A stretch of 64,000 bases of DNA from Frankiales bacterium. GTDB lineage: Bacteria; Actinomycetota; Actinomycetes; Mycobacteriales; SCTD01. The notes beneath the pieces were generated by a model. It was not told where the DNA came from. It did not search any database and saw only the letters and a program-made list of their open reading frames with translations. This document shows, piece by piece, positions 17,906-27,523 of this stretch (its first letter is position 1; the number at the start of each line of letters is the position of its first letter). The translations under genes were made by a program, and so were the position numbers. The stretch lies in NCBI GenBank assembly GCA_025465135.1, contig JAODNA010000160.1, positions 1,495-65,494 on the forward strand, given 5' to 3'.

Positions 17906-20700
17906 AGCGGGTTCTCCACTCGCATCGCGGTCGGCGCGATGGCGAGCGCCTCGAGCGCCGCTTCGTCATCAACCGTCTCGGTCGAGCTGCCGAGGTAGGA
18001 CAGCACGACCTTGGTGTTCTCCATGACCTCCGCCGGCGGGCCGTCAGCGATGACCTCCCCGAAGTCGAGCGCGATGATGCGATCGCAGGTCTTCGCCAGC
18101 ATCTCGACGTCGTGCTCCACCAGGAGCACGCCGATGCCGTGCTTCTGGACGAACGCGCGGATCGTCCGTCCGAGCTCCTCGCTCTCGTGCATGTCGAGGC
18201 CGGCAGCCGGCTCGTCGAGCAGCAGGATCGCCGGGTTGGCAGCGAACGCGCGCGCGATGCCCGCCAGGCGCGCCGTGCCCGCGGGCATCGACGTGGGCCG
18301 CAGCGAGAGCTGTTCGGTGAGCTCGAAGTCGGCAACGATCTGCGCGACCTCCGCGCTGATCATCGGGCGGCCCGGCGCCACCAGGTCCTTGAAGTAGTCC
18401 CCCATGGACTGCGTGTCTTCGGCGACGAGCAGGTTGTCGTAGAGAGACATCTCGTCGAACAGCTCGACCGTCTGCCACGAGCGACCGATGCCGCGCCGGG
18501 CGCGCTGTTCAGGACTGAGCCGGACAACCGGCTCACCCGCCAGGGTCACCGAGCCGGAGTCGGCCGCGGTGAAGCCAGTGATCAAGTCGATGATGGTCGT
18601 CTTCCCGGCGCCATTCGGACCCATGAGCCCGACGATCTCCCCGGGCGAGACCGTGAAGGACACGTCGCGCACCGCCTGGATGCCGCCGAACGCCACGCTG
18701 AGCCCTTCGATGGACAGCGTCGCCGGCTGCCGCCGCGGCAGCACGTCACCCGTACGGGCCACCGCAAGCGCCTTGGGCGGGCGGAGCTTCGCAAGCAGCG
18801 CGTGCAACTGCGAAGAGTGCATCGCGGCGATGCCGTCGGGTGCAGCCCGGAGGGTGACGATGACGACTACGCCGGACACGATCATCAGCCAGGCGTTCAG
18901 CTCCGTGACTCCCGGGAAGGCCGACTCCCACACCTTCGAGCCCAGCGCCGAGGGCTGCAGCTGCGCCCCGACGACAGTTCCAGACGCCCAGCCGATGCCG
19001 CCGATCACACCGTTGAGCACGCCGAGGATCGACGACAGGGCGTCGAAGTTGTTGAAGGTGATGTTCGAGCCGGCGTGAAAGCCGATGAGCACGCCGGCGA
19101 CACCAGCGATACCCGCGGCCAGCGCGAAGGAGTACATCTTGGCGCGGTACACGCCTACGCCGAGCGCGGCCGCCGCCCGTTCGTTGCTGCGCACCGCCAG
19201 CAGCCGGTGGCCGGACCGGCCACGCCGCACGTTTGACACCATCAGACCGATCAGGACGAACAGCCCGAGCGAGAACATCGCGTACCGGTTCGGGTGGACG
19301 ATCGGGTCGATGCTCAGGCCGAAGAAGGCCGGCGCAGAGACCGTCAGGCCGAAGTACCCGCCGGTGAGCGACGAGTTGTCGAAGACGACCGCCTGGATGA
19401 CGGCCGCCATCGCCAGGGTCGCGATGCCGAGGTTCACACCTCGGCTGCGCAGCGCGGGGATCGCCACGATCAACCCGACCGGGATGGTGCACAGCGCGGC
19501 CAGAAAGAGTGCCGCGACGAACGGCATATGGGTGTCGACCACCATCCGCGCGGCAGCCCAGCTGCCGAACCCGGCGAGTGAGTACTGAGCCAGGGACAGC
19601 TGACCTGCGTAGCCGGTCACCACCACGATCGACAGCAGCAAGATGCCACCTGCCATGGTTGTCGTGACCGCGTCGTTCCACGTGTCGGAGACCGTGACGA
19701 CGAGGCCGAGGCCGACGAGCAGCCCGAGCGCCAGCAGGGGGCGGTTGATCCGGCCGTCGCCGGCGAGCTGCAGCTTGTACTGCGTCTCACCTCGGCGCAG
19801 CCGGGCGCTACCGCGCAGCACAAGCACGCCAACGATGAGGAGCAGCGGAAGCACGTTCGGCAACCCGGACAGCGACAAAGGATCGACGTGAATTCCGTGC
19901 GCGATATCGGTCTGGTACAGAGCGAGCAGGCTCTGACCGACTCCGATGAAGACGGCACCTGCGATCGTGAGTGGGAAGGACGTGAAGCGGCCGAGGAGCG
20001 CTGCGGCCAGGGCCGGGATCACCAGGAGCGCGAGCGTCTGCGCCTGAAGGGTGACCGTCGGCGCGATGAGAATCGCCGCGAAGGTCGAGAGCACGCCGGC
20101 GGCGGCGAAGTTCACCAGCTCGTTGACCGTGGGCGACCACCCAGACGCAGCGGCGACCCGCCGGTTCTCACTCACGGCGGAGGTCGCGAGCCCGAAAAGG
20201 GTCTTCGAGTAGATGAACCAGAGGACGGAGGCGAGCGCGAACGTGATGCCGATGATGATGAGGTTCTGCACGTTGACCTGGATCTGACCCGTCAGGTGGA
20301 TCCGGTTCGTAGGCAGGATGGGATGCGGTGCGTTCAGGTGCTCGCCATAGACGACGACGAGGAACCCCACGGCGGCCGACATCAGACCGAGTGTCGCGAT
20401 CAGCTTGGCCAGGATCGAGGCCCTGCCCATGAACCGGATGGCGACGTGGGTGAGGACGCCCAGCGCGGCCCCCAGGACAAGGCTGGCGATGAGCGCCAGT
20501 GCTGTCGGCCAGCCACGCCCGTCTCTGAGCGAGTAGAAGGCGCAGGCGCCGATGCCACCGAACGCGGCGGCCGAGAAGTTGATGACGCCGGACGCACGCT
20601 GGACGAGCACGATCGACAGCGCGACAAGTGCGATCAGGGCACCCGTGGACACCCCGATCACGACGAACTGGAGCGTCTCTTGGCTGAGAAGTGGCGTCAT
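17902..20700 (-). CDS. Fused Liv-type ABC permease-permease-ATPase (LivH-LivM-LivG-like triple fusion)
   Basis: ORF 17902-20931. The ATG at 20700 (MTPLLSQETLQF...) avoids overlapping the divergent gene. Two successive multi-TM permease regions precede an NBD with Walker A GPNGAGKTT, Walker B ILLLDEPAAGLD and H-loop VEHD. Confidence 0.8.
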   Translation of the reverse strand: MTPLLSQETLQFVVIGVSTGALIALVALSIVLVQRASGVINFSAAAFGGIGACAFYSLRDGRGWPTALALIASLVLGAALGVLTHVAIRFMGRASILAKLIATLGLMSAAVGFLVVVYGEHLNAPHPILPTNRIHLTGQIQVNVQNLIIIGITFALASVLWFIYSKTLFGLATSAVSENRRVAAASGWSPTVNELVNFAAAGVLSTFAAILIAPTVTLQAQTLALLVIPALAAALLGRFTSFPLTIAGAVFIGVGQSLLALYQTDIAHGIHVDPLSLSGLPNVLPLLLIVGVLVLRGSARLRRGETQYKLQLAGDGRINRPLLALGLLVGLGLVVTVSDTWNDAVTTTMAGGILLLSIVVVTGYAGQLSLAQYSLAGFGSWAAARMVVDTHMPFVAALFLAALCTIPVGLIVAIPALRSRGVNLGIATLAMAAVIQAVVFDNSSLTGGYFGLTVSAPAFFGLSIDPIVHPNRYAMFSLGLFVLIGLMVSNVRRGRSGHRLLAVRSNERAAAALGVGVYRAKMYSFALAAGIAGVAGVLIGFHAGSNITFNNFDALSSILGVLNGVIGGIGWASGTVVGAQLQPSALGSKVWESAFPGVTELNAWLMIVSGVVVIVTLRAAPDGIAAMHSSQLHALLAKLRPPKALAVARTGDVLPRRQPATLSIEGLSVAFGGIQAVRDVSFTVSPGEIVGLMGPNGAGKTTIIDLITGFTAADSGSVTLAGEPVVRLSPEQRARRGIGRSWQTVELFDEMSLYDNLLVAEDTQSMGDYFKDLVAPGRPMISAEVAQIVADFELTEQLSLRPTSMPAGTARLAGIARAFAANPAILLLDEPAAGLDMHESEELGRTIRAFVQKHGIGVLLVEHDVEMLAKTCDRIIALDFGEVIADGPPAEVMENTKVVLSYLGSSTETVDDEAALEALAIAPTAMRVENPL

Positions 20701-20869
20701 CGGCCCTCTTGGCTTGGCGTCGGTTCCCGGCGAGGCTCCGGCATCGCGCGCAGTCTCTCCTCGGGCCGAGCGGAACGTCCACCACTGGGGCAGGGCGACA
20801 TGTTCCTGAAACCGACCCGCGGCAACGTGGCGCGTACGTTCACACCCGTTCCGGGCGACGAGGAGGACC

Positions 20870-23032
20870 GTGACACGGCCTGTCGTCGATCGCCGATCGC
20901 AGCTTCGTCGTGTGCTGTCGCCGCGGTCCATCGCGGTGGTCGGCGCGAACGACCGGTTGCTGTCAGCTCTCGCGGTTCCCGAGATCCAGCGATCGGCGGC
21001 CGAGGTCTCGCTCGTCAGCCGTAGTCACCCGACTCTCTACGGACAGGCGACTGTCAGCTCGCTGTCCGACATCGGCCACCCCGTCGACACGGTCCTCGTC
21101 ATGACCGGTGCCGAGCAGGCCGTCCAGATAACCCAGGAGGCCGCCCAGCTCGGCTGCGGAGGCGTCATCGTGATCGGCGGAGGCTTCGCCGAGACCGGTC
21201 CCGAGGGGGCCCTGCGGCAACGCGAGCTGGTCGACCTGGCACACAGTTCGGGCATGGCCCTCATCGGGCCGAACTGCCTGGGTTTCGTCAATGCTGATGC
21301 AGGGGTGTACTGCAGCCTGATCGGCAACCTGCCGCTGCGTCCGGGAAATGTCGCCGTGCTCGCCCAGAGCGGCTACCTGCTCCGCGCGGCCCTCAACGCC
21401 GGCCACGAGCGCCAGCTCGGTTTCAGTCACGCGGTGTCGTCGGGCAACGAGGCGGTCGTCGACGTGCTGGACCTGATCGACCACGCGATCGCCGATGACG
21501 CAACCCGCGTGATCTGTCTCGTGCTCGAGAAGATCCCGTCCTGGGAGGGTCTGGTGGAGGCGGCGTCCCGTGCGCGCGCGGCCGGGAAGCCGATCGTGGC
21601 GCTCAAGCTGGGTCGAAGCGAGCGGGCGCGCAGTGCCATCCAGTCGCACACCGGTGCCATCGCCAGCGCCGGATGGGTCTACGAGGTGGCATTTCGGCAG
21701 GCGGGCATCCTCACCGCCATCGACCTCGACGACCTGCTGGACCAGGTCCAGCTGCTGGCCGGCCTCACCCACGATCGCTGGGCGCGCACGTCGCGGATCG
21801 CCATCGTCGCCAACTCAGGCGGCACGGCATCGCTCGCGGCCGACATCACGGCAGACAACCGCGAGCTCGAGCTGCCGGAGCTCCCCGAGCTCCGGCCGTG
21901 GCTCCGGGAGAGATTGGGCCCGCAGGCGCTGCCCAACCCCCTCGACCTGACGGGCGCAGCCCTCACGGACGTGACGCTGCTGCAGGAGATCTTCGAGCAG
22001 TACGGGCGGAGCAGCGACGTCGACGCCGTGCTGTTCTGCTCCGGTCTCGCCGCTCACGACGAGCAGCGAACCCGGCCCCTCGAGGCACTCTGCGCAGCGG
22101 CAGATGCCAACGCGGACACCACCTTGTTCATCGCAACCTGTGCCGAGGCGAGTGCACTTGCCGACTGGCTTCCGGACAAGCTCAAGGGGAGCCGGGTCGG
22201 CTACGCGCGCGGCTTCGCCTCTGCACTCCGGGCACTCACCGCGATGAACCGCTACCTCGAGAGCGCACCGTCGGAGCCGCTCCCCGTCGACACGGCTGCC
22301 GGCGCCGGGCGCCTCGTCGCGGACCCCACGACGGCCGACACCTACAGCAGCGGCGGAGCTCAGCTGCTGCGGTTCGGCGCCGGCATGCGCCTGCTGCGCG
22401 ACTTCGGTATCGACACTGCGCCCTACGTCCTGCTCGACGGACAACGTGCGACGGACAGCGTGTCGGCCGGGGAGCTGGGGGATCAGCTGGTCGTCAAGCT
22501 GGCGGACGTGCCCCACCGCACCGACATCGGCGCCGTTCGGGTGGGCATCGCGGCCGGCTCCGTCGCGTCGGAGGCGGCGCAGCTGAAGCTCCTTGCCGAG
22601 CAGCACTCAGCGGACAGCACAGTGGTCTGCCAGGCACTGCTGCAGGGCACGTCGGAGCTTCTCGTCGGCCTCAAGGCCGGGACGGAGTTCGGAACGGTGC
22701 TGGTGCTGGGTCAGGGCGGCGTTGCGGTCGAGCAGTCACCGTGCATTGTGGGGCGGGTCCTCCCGCTCACCGCTCAGCAGCGCGAAGAGCTGGTCGACGA
22801 GCTGGGCAACCGGACCGGCTTGGCGTCGGCCCGCGCGGGCGCGCTGTGGGACCGACCCGGCCTCGTCGCCCTCGTGACCGCCGTGGAAGCACTGGCACAC
22901 GCCTGCCCGTGGTTGGACTCGCTCGACCTCAACCCGGTGATCCTGGCCAGCGAAGGACCGGTCGCCGTCGACGTGGCTGCGACCCTCGGCGCCGCGCCCG
23001 GTCGCGGCGACGACGCCGTACCCGAGACCTAG
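20870..23032 (+). CDS. ADP-forming (NDP-forming) acyl-CoA synthetase family protein, paralog 2
   Basis: 720-aa ORF with a GTG start preceded by GAGGAGG. Motifs VLSPRSIAVVGANDR, LIGPNCLGF, QSHTGAIAS (phosphohistidine loop) and a C-terminal ATP-grasp-like region. Same architecture as 3144-5312. Confidence 0.85.
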   Translation: MTRPVVDRRSQLRRVLSPRSIAVVGANDRLLSALAVPEIQRSAAEVSLVSRSHPTLYGQATVSSLSDIGHPVDTVLVMTGAEQAVQITQEAAQLGCGGVIVIGGGFAETGPEGALRQRELVDLAHSSGMALIGPNCLGFVNADAGVYCSLIGNLPLRPGNVAVLAQSGYLLRAALNAGHERQLGFSHAVSSGNEAVVDVLDLIDHAIADDATRVICLVLEKIPSWEGLVEAASRARAAGKPIVALKLGRSERARSAIQSHTGAIASAGWVYEVAFRQAGILTAIDLDDLLDQVQLLAGLTHDRWARTSRIAIVANSGGTASLAADITADNRELELPELPELRPWLRERLGPQALPNPLDLTGAALTDVTLLQEIFEQYGRSSDVDAVLFCSGLAAHDEQRTRPLEALCAAADANADTTLFIATCAEASALADWLPDKLKGSRVGYARGFASALRALTAMNRYLESAPSEPLPVDTAAGAGRLVADPTTADTYSSGGAQLLRFGAGMRLLRDFGIDTAPYVLLDGQRATDSVSAGELGDQLVVKLADVPHRTDIGAVRVGIAAGSVASEAAQLKLLAEQHSADSTVVCQALLQGTSELLVGLKAGTEFGTVLVLGQGGVAVEQSPCIVGRVLPLTAQQREELVDELGNRTGLASARAGALWDRPGLVALVTAVEALAHACPWLDSLDLNPVILASEGPVAVDVAATLGAAPGRGDDAVPET

Positions 23033-23038
23033 GAGCTT

Positions 23039-23890
23039 GTGGTGGCAGCGATCACGCGTAGGGACAGCGAGGACGGGATCGTCACGCTCACGTTCACCCG
23101 GCCGGAGAAGCTCAACGCGGTGAGCCCGCAGATGTGGAACGTCCTCCGTGACACGCTCGAGGACTTCGCCGAGCGCGACGAGCTCCGCGTGCTCGTCATC
23201 ACGGCCGAGGGTCGCTACTTCACGTCCGGCAACGACCAGGTGGAGCGTGACGACCTGCTCGGGCGGCAGGGACCGCCCGTGTGGTTCCGCGAGGGGGTCG
23301 ACGTCCACGAGATCCCCAAGATCAGCATCCGTCGCGAGTACCGCCGGTTGCATCTGCTGTTCGACGAGCTCGAGGCCGTCGAGAAGCCCATCGTCGTGGC
23401 GATCCAGGGCAGGTGCCTCGGCGTCGGGGTCGAGATGGCGGTGTCGTGCGACTTCCGCCTGGCATCCGACGCAGCGTCCTTCTGGGTGCCGGAGATCGTA
23501 CGAGTCGGCGCGCTGCCGGGGTCGGGCGGCATCAGCCGCCTCACGCGGCTCGTCGGGCCGCACTGGGCGCGCTGGCTGTCGATGGCAGGCGAAGAGGTGA
23601 CCGCACAGGAAGCCGTCTCGATGGGGCTGGTTCATGCGGTCTATCCCGCGGACACCTTCATGGAGCGGGTGATGGAGTTCGCGCGCCGGCTGGTCGCCAT
23701 CCCGGCCGACCTGCTGGGGGCCGCGAAGATCGGTATCGACACAGCAGCCGATGTCGACCGCACCGCAGCACGCAACTTCGACCGTCTCGCCAACACGGTC
23801 TTCCTCACCTCACCCGCCTACCTCCAGCAGAAGCGCGACTTCGAGCAACGAAGCCGTGGCAAGACGGAGTCGGCGGAGGGGGGCGACTGA
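23039..23890 (+). CDS. Enoyl-CoA hydratase/isomerase (crotonase) family protein
   Basis: 283-aa ORF with AGGAG upstream of the GTG. Motifs VAIQGRCLGVGVEMAVSCDFRLAS and VPEIVRVGALPGSGG. Confidence 0.8.
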   Translation: MVAAITRRDSEDGIVTLTFTRPEKLNAVSPQMWNVLRDTLEDFAERDELRVLVITAEGRYFTSGNDQVERDDLLGRQGPPVWFREGVDVHEIPKISIRREYRRLHLLFDELEAVEKPIVVAIQGRCLGVGVEMAVSCDFRLASDAASFWVPEIVRVGALPGSGGISRLTRLVGPHWARWLSMAGEEVTAQEAVSMGLVHAVYPADTFMERVMEFARRLVAIPADLLGAAKIGIDTAADVDRTAARNFDRLANTVFLTSPAYLQQKRDFEQRSRGKTESAEGGD

Positions 23891-23891
23891 C

Positions 23892-25058
23892 GTGGTCGAC
23901 CTGAGGCTTGGCTACGACGACTGGCGCGCTGAGGTGCGCCAGTTCCTCGCCGATGAGCTCCCGCCGGGCAAGGAGTTCTATCTCGACTACGACGAGGCGG
24001 AGCACAAGTGGGACTTCGCCGTCGAGTTCACGAAGAAGGTGTCGGAGAAGGGGTGGATAGGCCTCACCTGGCCGCGCGCCTACGGCGGTCTCGAGCGCTC
24101 GGTGGTCGAGCAGTACATCCTCCTCGAGGAGTTCCACCGGGCCGAGGCGCCGCTGCTCAACCTGATCGGCTGGTCCCTCACGGCCGGCATGCTGCTCTAC
24201 GGCGGCACCGAGGAGCAGAAGGCGACGATGCTCCCCGAGATCGCATCCATGAAGACGATCTGGGCCGAGGGCCTGACCGAGCCCGGAGCGGGGTCGGACC
24301 TCGCCGGCCTGACGACGTCGGCAGTCCCCGACGGCGATGACTGGCTCGTCACCGGTCAGAAGACCTACACGACCTTCGGGTCGCGTTCCGATCTGCTGCT
24401 CGCCATCGTCCGCACCGACCCCTCGGCGAAGCGCCGACACGAGGGGCTCAGCTTCTTCGGCGTCGACCTCCGAGCGCCGGGAGTGACCGTCCAGCCGCTG
24501 TGGAACATCGCCGGTGGACGGCAGAACCACATCTTCATGGACCAGGTCCGGGTGCCGGCCAGCCGCCTCATCGGAGAGGTGAACCGCGGCTGGGAGTACA
24601 TCACCAGGTCCTTCTACACGAGCGGGGTGCCGTTCCTGCGGCACTCGACCATGGAACGCAAGTACCGGCTCCTGACGGCGTACTGCACGACCGCGAAGCG
24701 GGGCGGACGGCTGCTGATCGACGACCCCGAGGTACGCGGCAAGCTCGCCGAGATCGACATCATGATGGAGGTGCAGCGGGTGCTGGCGGAGACCGGCCTT
24801 TCCGACACCGTGAACGGCCGGCGGTCCGATGCCACCTCGATCTACCAGGTGCTGGCGAAGGAGTCGATCCCGCGCTTCGCACAGCTGGCGTTCGAGATCG
24901 TCGGTCCCCTCGGCCAGCTCAGCGGCGAGTCGCCCTACGCAGCTCTGCACGGCGAGCTGCAGGCGTGGTACCTCCAGGCCTTCGGCAACCACGCCGCAGG
25001 TACGCCGCAGATCAAGCGCATGGTCCTAGCCACCCGCGGACTCGGGCTGCCGAAGTAG
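23892..25058 (+). CDS. Acyl-CoA dehydrogenase family protein (first of pair 2)
   Basis: ORF 23751-25058. An in-frame GTG at 23892 lies 1 nt after the upstream stop. ACAD motif LTEPGAGSDLAG and an N-terminal pattern similar to 807-2012. Confidence 0.85.
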   Translation: MVDLRLGYDDWRAEVRQFLADELPPGKEFYLDYDEAEHKWDFAVEFTKKVSEKGWIGLTWPRAYGGLERSVVEQYILLEEFHRAEAPLLNLIGWSLTAGMLLYGGTEEQKATMLPEIASMKTIWAEGLTEPGAGSDLAGLTTSAVPDGDDWLVTGQKTYTTFGSRSDLLLAIVRTDPSAKRRHEGLSFFGVDLRAPGVTVQPLWNIAGGRQNHIFMDQVRVPASRLIGEVNRGWEYITRSFYTSGVPFLRHSTMERKYRLLTAYCTTAKRGGRLLIDDPEVRGKLAEIDIMMEVQRVLAETGLSDTVNGRRSDATSIYQVLAKESIPRFAQLAFEIVGPLGQLSGESPYAALHGELQAWYLQAFGNHAAGTPQIKRMVLATRGLGLPK

Positions 25059-25067
25059 GAGTCGACG

Positions 25068-26219
25068 ATGCTGGACACAGATTTCGACGCGGACCAAGAG
25101 GCACTGCGGCTGGTGGCCCGGGACTTCCTGGCTGCGACCGTGCCGCTGGGCTCACTGCGCGGGCCTGACTACCCCCACGACGTGCAACCGACCTTCGCGT
25201 CCGAGACCTGGCGCGCGGTGGCTGACCTGGGATGGCTCGGGCTGGGGATCCCGGTCGAGTACGGCGGCGGCGGCGCCGGCCTCACAACCCTGTGTGCCCT
25301 GTACGGCGAACTCGGGCGGGCACTCGTGTCCGCGCCCTGTCTCGAGGTCGCCGTCGTCGCGGGGGGCGTGATCGCGTCGGCAGGCACCGAGCAGCAGAAG
25401 ACCGAGCTCTTGCCGGAGCTCTGCGCCGGGCGCCTCGTCGTGATCCCGACCCTGGTCGGCGAGAACGGCGAGATCGACGTTCGCGAGACGGTCACGTCCG
25501 CAGAGCGCACCGATGAGGGCTGGCGCTTGACCGGGACCAAGCCCCTCGTCGCGTACGCAGGATCGGCCGACCTGTTCCTGGTCCCCGCCCACGCGGGCGG
25601 CGACGCCGCGGGCGACGTGTCGATGTTCCTGGTCCCTGCCGCAGCGCCCGGGGTCGTGGTGACGTCCTTGCCCAGCATGTCCGGAGTGCCCCTCTCTGCG
25701 GTCGAGCTGTCCGGTGTGACAGTCGGCGCCGACGCCGTGCTCGGGATGCCAGGCCGAGGGATGGACCACCTGGCCCCGGCGATGCTCCGCGGCAAGGTGC
25801 TGCGCTGCGCCGAGATTGCCGGCGCGGGCGAGCGGGTGCTCGACATCACGGTCGCCTACGCGAAGCAGCGTGAGCAGTTCGGCAAGCCGATCGGCCAGTA
25901 CCAGGCGGTCCAGTACCTGTGCACCGACCTCGCGATGGCCACGCGCGTGACGCAGCTGCTGGCCCGACAGGCCTCGTGGATCCTGGACGAGCAGGCACCG
26001 CACGAGAACCGCGTCCGCGCGGCGCTGGCTTATGGCTCAGACGCTGCCCGTCAGATCGCGCACTGCTCCCACGAGGTTCTCGCGGGGCTCGGTTTCATGG
26101 TCGAGCACGACCTGCACCTGTTCACGCGCCGGCTGAAGCACTGGGAGATGGACCTCGGCGACGCCGGCCACCACAGTCGCTTGCTGGCCGACCTGCTCGG
26201 CGCGTCCGCTGCGTCCTGA
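25068..26219 (+). CDS. Acyl-CoA dehydrogenase family protein (second of pair 2)
   Basis: 383-aa ORF with AGGAG upstream. ACAD C-terminal motif REQFGKPIGQYQAVQYL. The gap to the preceding ACAD gene is 9 nt. Confidence 0.8.
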   Translation: MLDTDFDADQEALRLVARDFLAATVPLGSLRGPDYPHDVQPTFASETWRAVADLGWLGLGIPVEYGGGGAGLTTLCALYGELGRALVSAPCLEVAVVAGGVIASAGTEQQKTELLPELCAGRLVVIPTLVGENGEIDVRETVTSAERTDEGWRLTGTKPLVAYAGSADLFLVPAHAGGDAAGDVSMFLVPAAAPGVVVTSLPSMSGVPLSAVELSGVTVGADAVLGMPGRGMDHLAPAMLRGKVLRCAEIAGAGERVLDITVAYAKQREQFGKPIGQYQAVQYLCTDLAMATRVTQLLARQASWILDEQAPHENRVRAALAYGSDAARQIAHCSHEVLAGLGFMVEHDLHLFTRRLKHWEMDLGDAGHHSRLLADLLGASAAS

Positions 26220-26241
26220 CCCTCAGCTCACGAAGCCGCCG

Positions 26242-27384
26242 TCACGGCGCTGGATGCGCTGCTGCGAGCACGTCGATCTCCCGCCGCAGCGCCGCATAAG
26301 GATGCGCGTCCGTCATCTCGCTCGCGTGGAACATCCGGTTGTGGCAGATCGCCACGGCCAGTCGCCGGTCGAGATCGGCCCAGCCGATGGAAGAACCGAC
26401 GCCCCCGTGGCACAGCAGATGGGGGCCGGTCCCCGCCACGACGTCTGAGCGCCAATAGCCACCAACGGTGAGGTCGAGGGGGATGACCCCTCCCCCGCCC
26501 ATCACCGCGTCGATCTGCTCTGGGTTCTCGCGCGGCGTCGTCAGGCTCAGCAACAGGTCCTCGGAGAGCAACCGGACACCGTCGAGCTCCCCGCCGTTGG
26601 CGAGCATCGCAAAGAAGCGCGCCGCTCCGCGGGCCGACATGACGCCGCCGGAGCCGGGAAGGCACGCCTGCAGGACGTCGCGTCGGTTGAACGTGGCGGG
26701 TGTGAACGGCACGGCGAGCGGCTTTGCCGCGATGCTGACCGGGTCGGTCTCGATGATCACGTCCATGCTGCTGGACAGCACCGCGACCCGCTGCAGTGCC
26801 TCGTCCGGGACACCGAGCCAGAGGTCTTCGATCCCGAGCGGTGTGCAGATCTCCTCGCGGACGAACTCACCGAACGGGCGGCCCTCGGGGTCGCAGCGCC
26901 GCACGAGCTCGCCGATCAACCACCCGTAGACGTGCGAGTGGTAGGCGCTCCGGGTGCGGGGAGGGAAGAGGGCCGGCAGCGCCGCGACGCGCTCCACCAT
27001 CCAGTCCCAGTCGCACATGCGCTCGGCTGTCACCTCCGCAGGCATCTGGGGCGCCCCGGACCGGTGCGTGAGTGCGTCCCTAACAGTCGTCGACTCCTTC
27101 CCGCGCACGCCGTACTCGGGCCAGTGATCGGCGACGCGGTCGTCGTAGCCCAGCAACCCGCGGTCAGCCAGGATGTGAAGCGCGGTCACGGTGACTGCCT
27201 TGCTGACCGAGAAGACCGGGAAGAGCGTGCGCTCGTCGACCGCGCGTCCCGTCGCGGGATCGGCGGTCCCCGCCCAGGCATCGAGGAAGCGCTCCGCCCC
27301 GAGGTACCCGGCGATCTGGATGCCCTGCTCCCCCAGCTCGATCGCTCGCTGCAGAGCTGCCGCCACTCCATCGGGCTCAGCCAT
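26242..27384 (-). CDS. Serine hydrolase, beta-lactamase/esterase (class C / EstB-like) family
   Basis: 380-aa ORF with the S-x-x-K motif in FPVFSVSKAVT. Length and overall pattern are typical of family VIII esterases and penicillin-binding-protein-like hydrolases. Confidence 0.8.
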   Translation of the reverse strand: MAEPDGVAAALQRAIELGEQGIQIAGYLGAERFLDAWAGTADPATGRAVDERTLFPVFSVSKAVTVTALHILADRGLLGYDDRVADHWPEYGVRGKESTTVRDALTHRSGAPQMPAEVTAERMCDWDWMVERVAALPALFPPRTRSAYHSHVYGWLIGELVRRCDPEGRPFGEFVREEICTPLGIEDLWLGVPDEALQRVAVLSSSMDVIIETDPVSIAAKPLAVPFTPATFNRRDVLQACLPGSGGVMSARGAARFFAMLANGGELDGVRLLSEDLLLSLTTPRENPEQIDAVMGGGGVIPLDLTVGGYWRSDVVAGTGPHLLCHGGVGSSIGWADLDRRLAVAICHNRMFHASEMTDAHPYAALRREIDVLAAAHPAP

Positions 27385-27523
27385 CAGGCATCCCTTCCTG
27401 CTCCGGTCCGGCGTTGCCCTTCCGTCGCAGCGACGCTACGTGGGCGGAGATGTGACCCCGCTTTCATCTGTCGGCCCCCGCGGTGACAGTGCGCCGAAAT
27501 GCAACGAAGGGGAGGCTGGAATC

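Noticed and set aside
27191-27523. Long N-terminal extensions offered by the ORF track. Examples are 27191 for the P450, 3072, 23751, 28674, 47203, 49917, 50909, 55054, 20701-20931, 13941-14075 and 14771-15049.
   Set aside because: The extensions overlap the preceding or divergent gene, are low-complexity, and precede internal starts that have Shine-Dalgarno sequences or ATGA/GTGA coupling and give normal family lengths.
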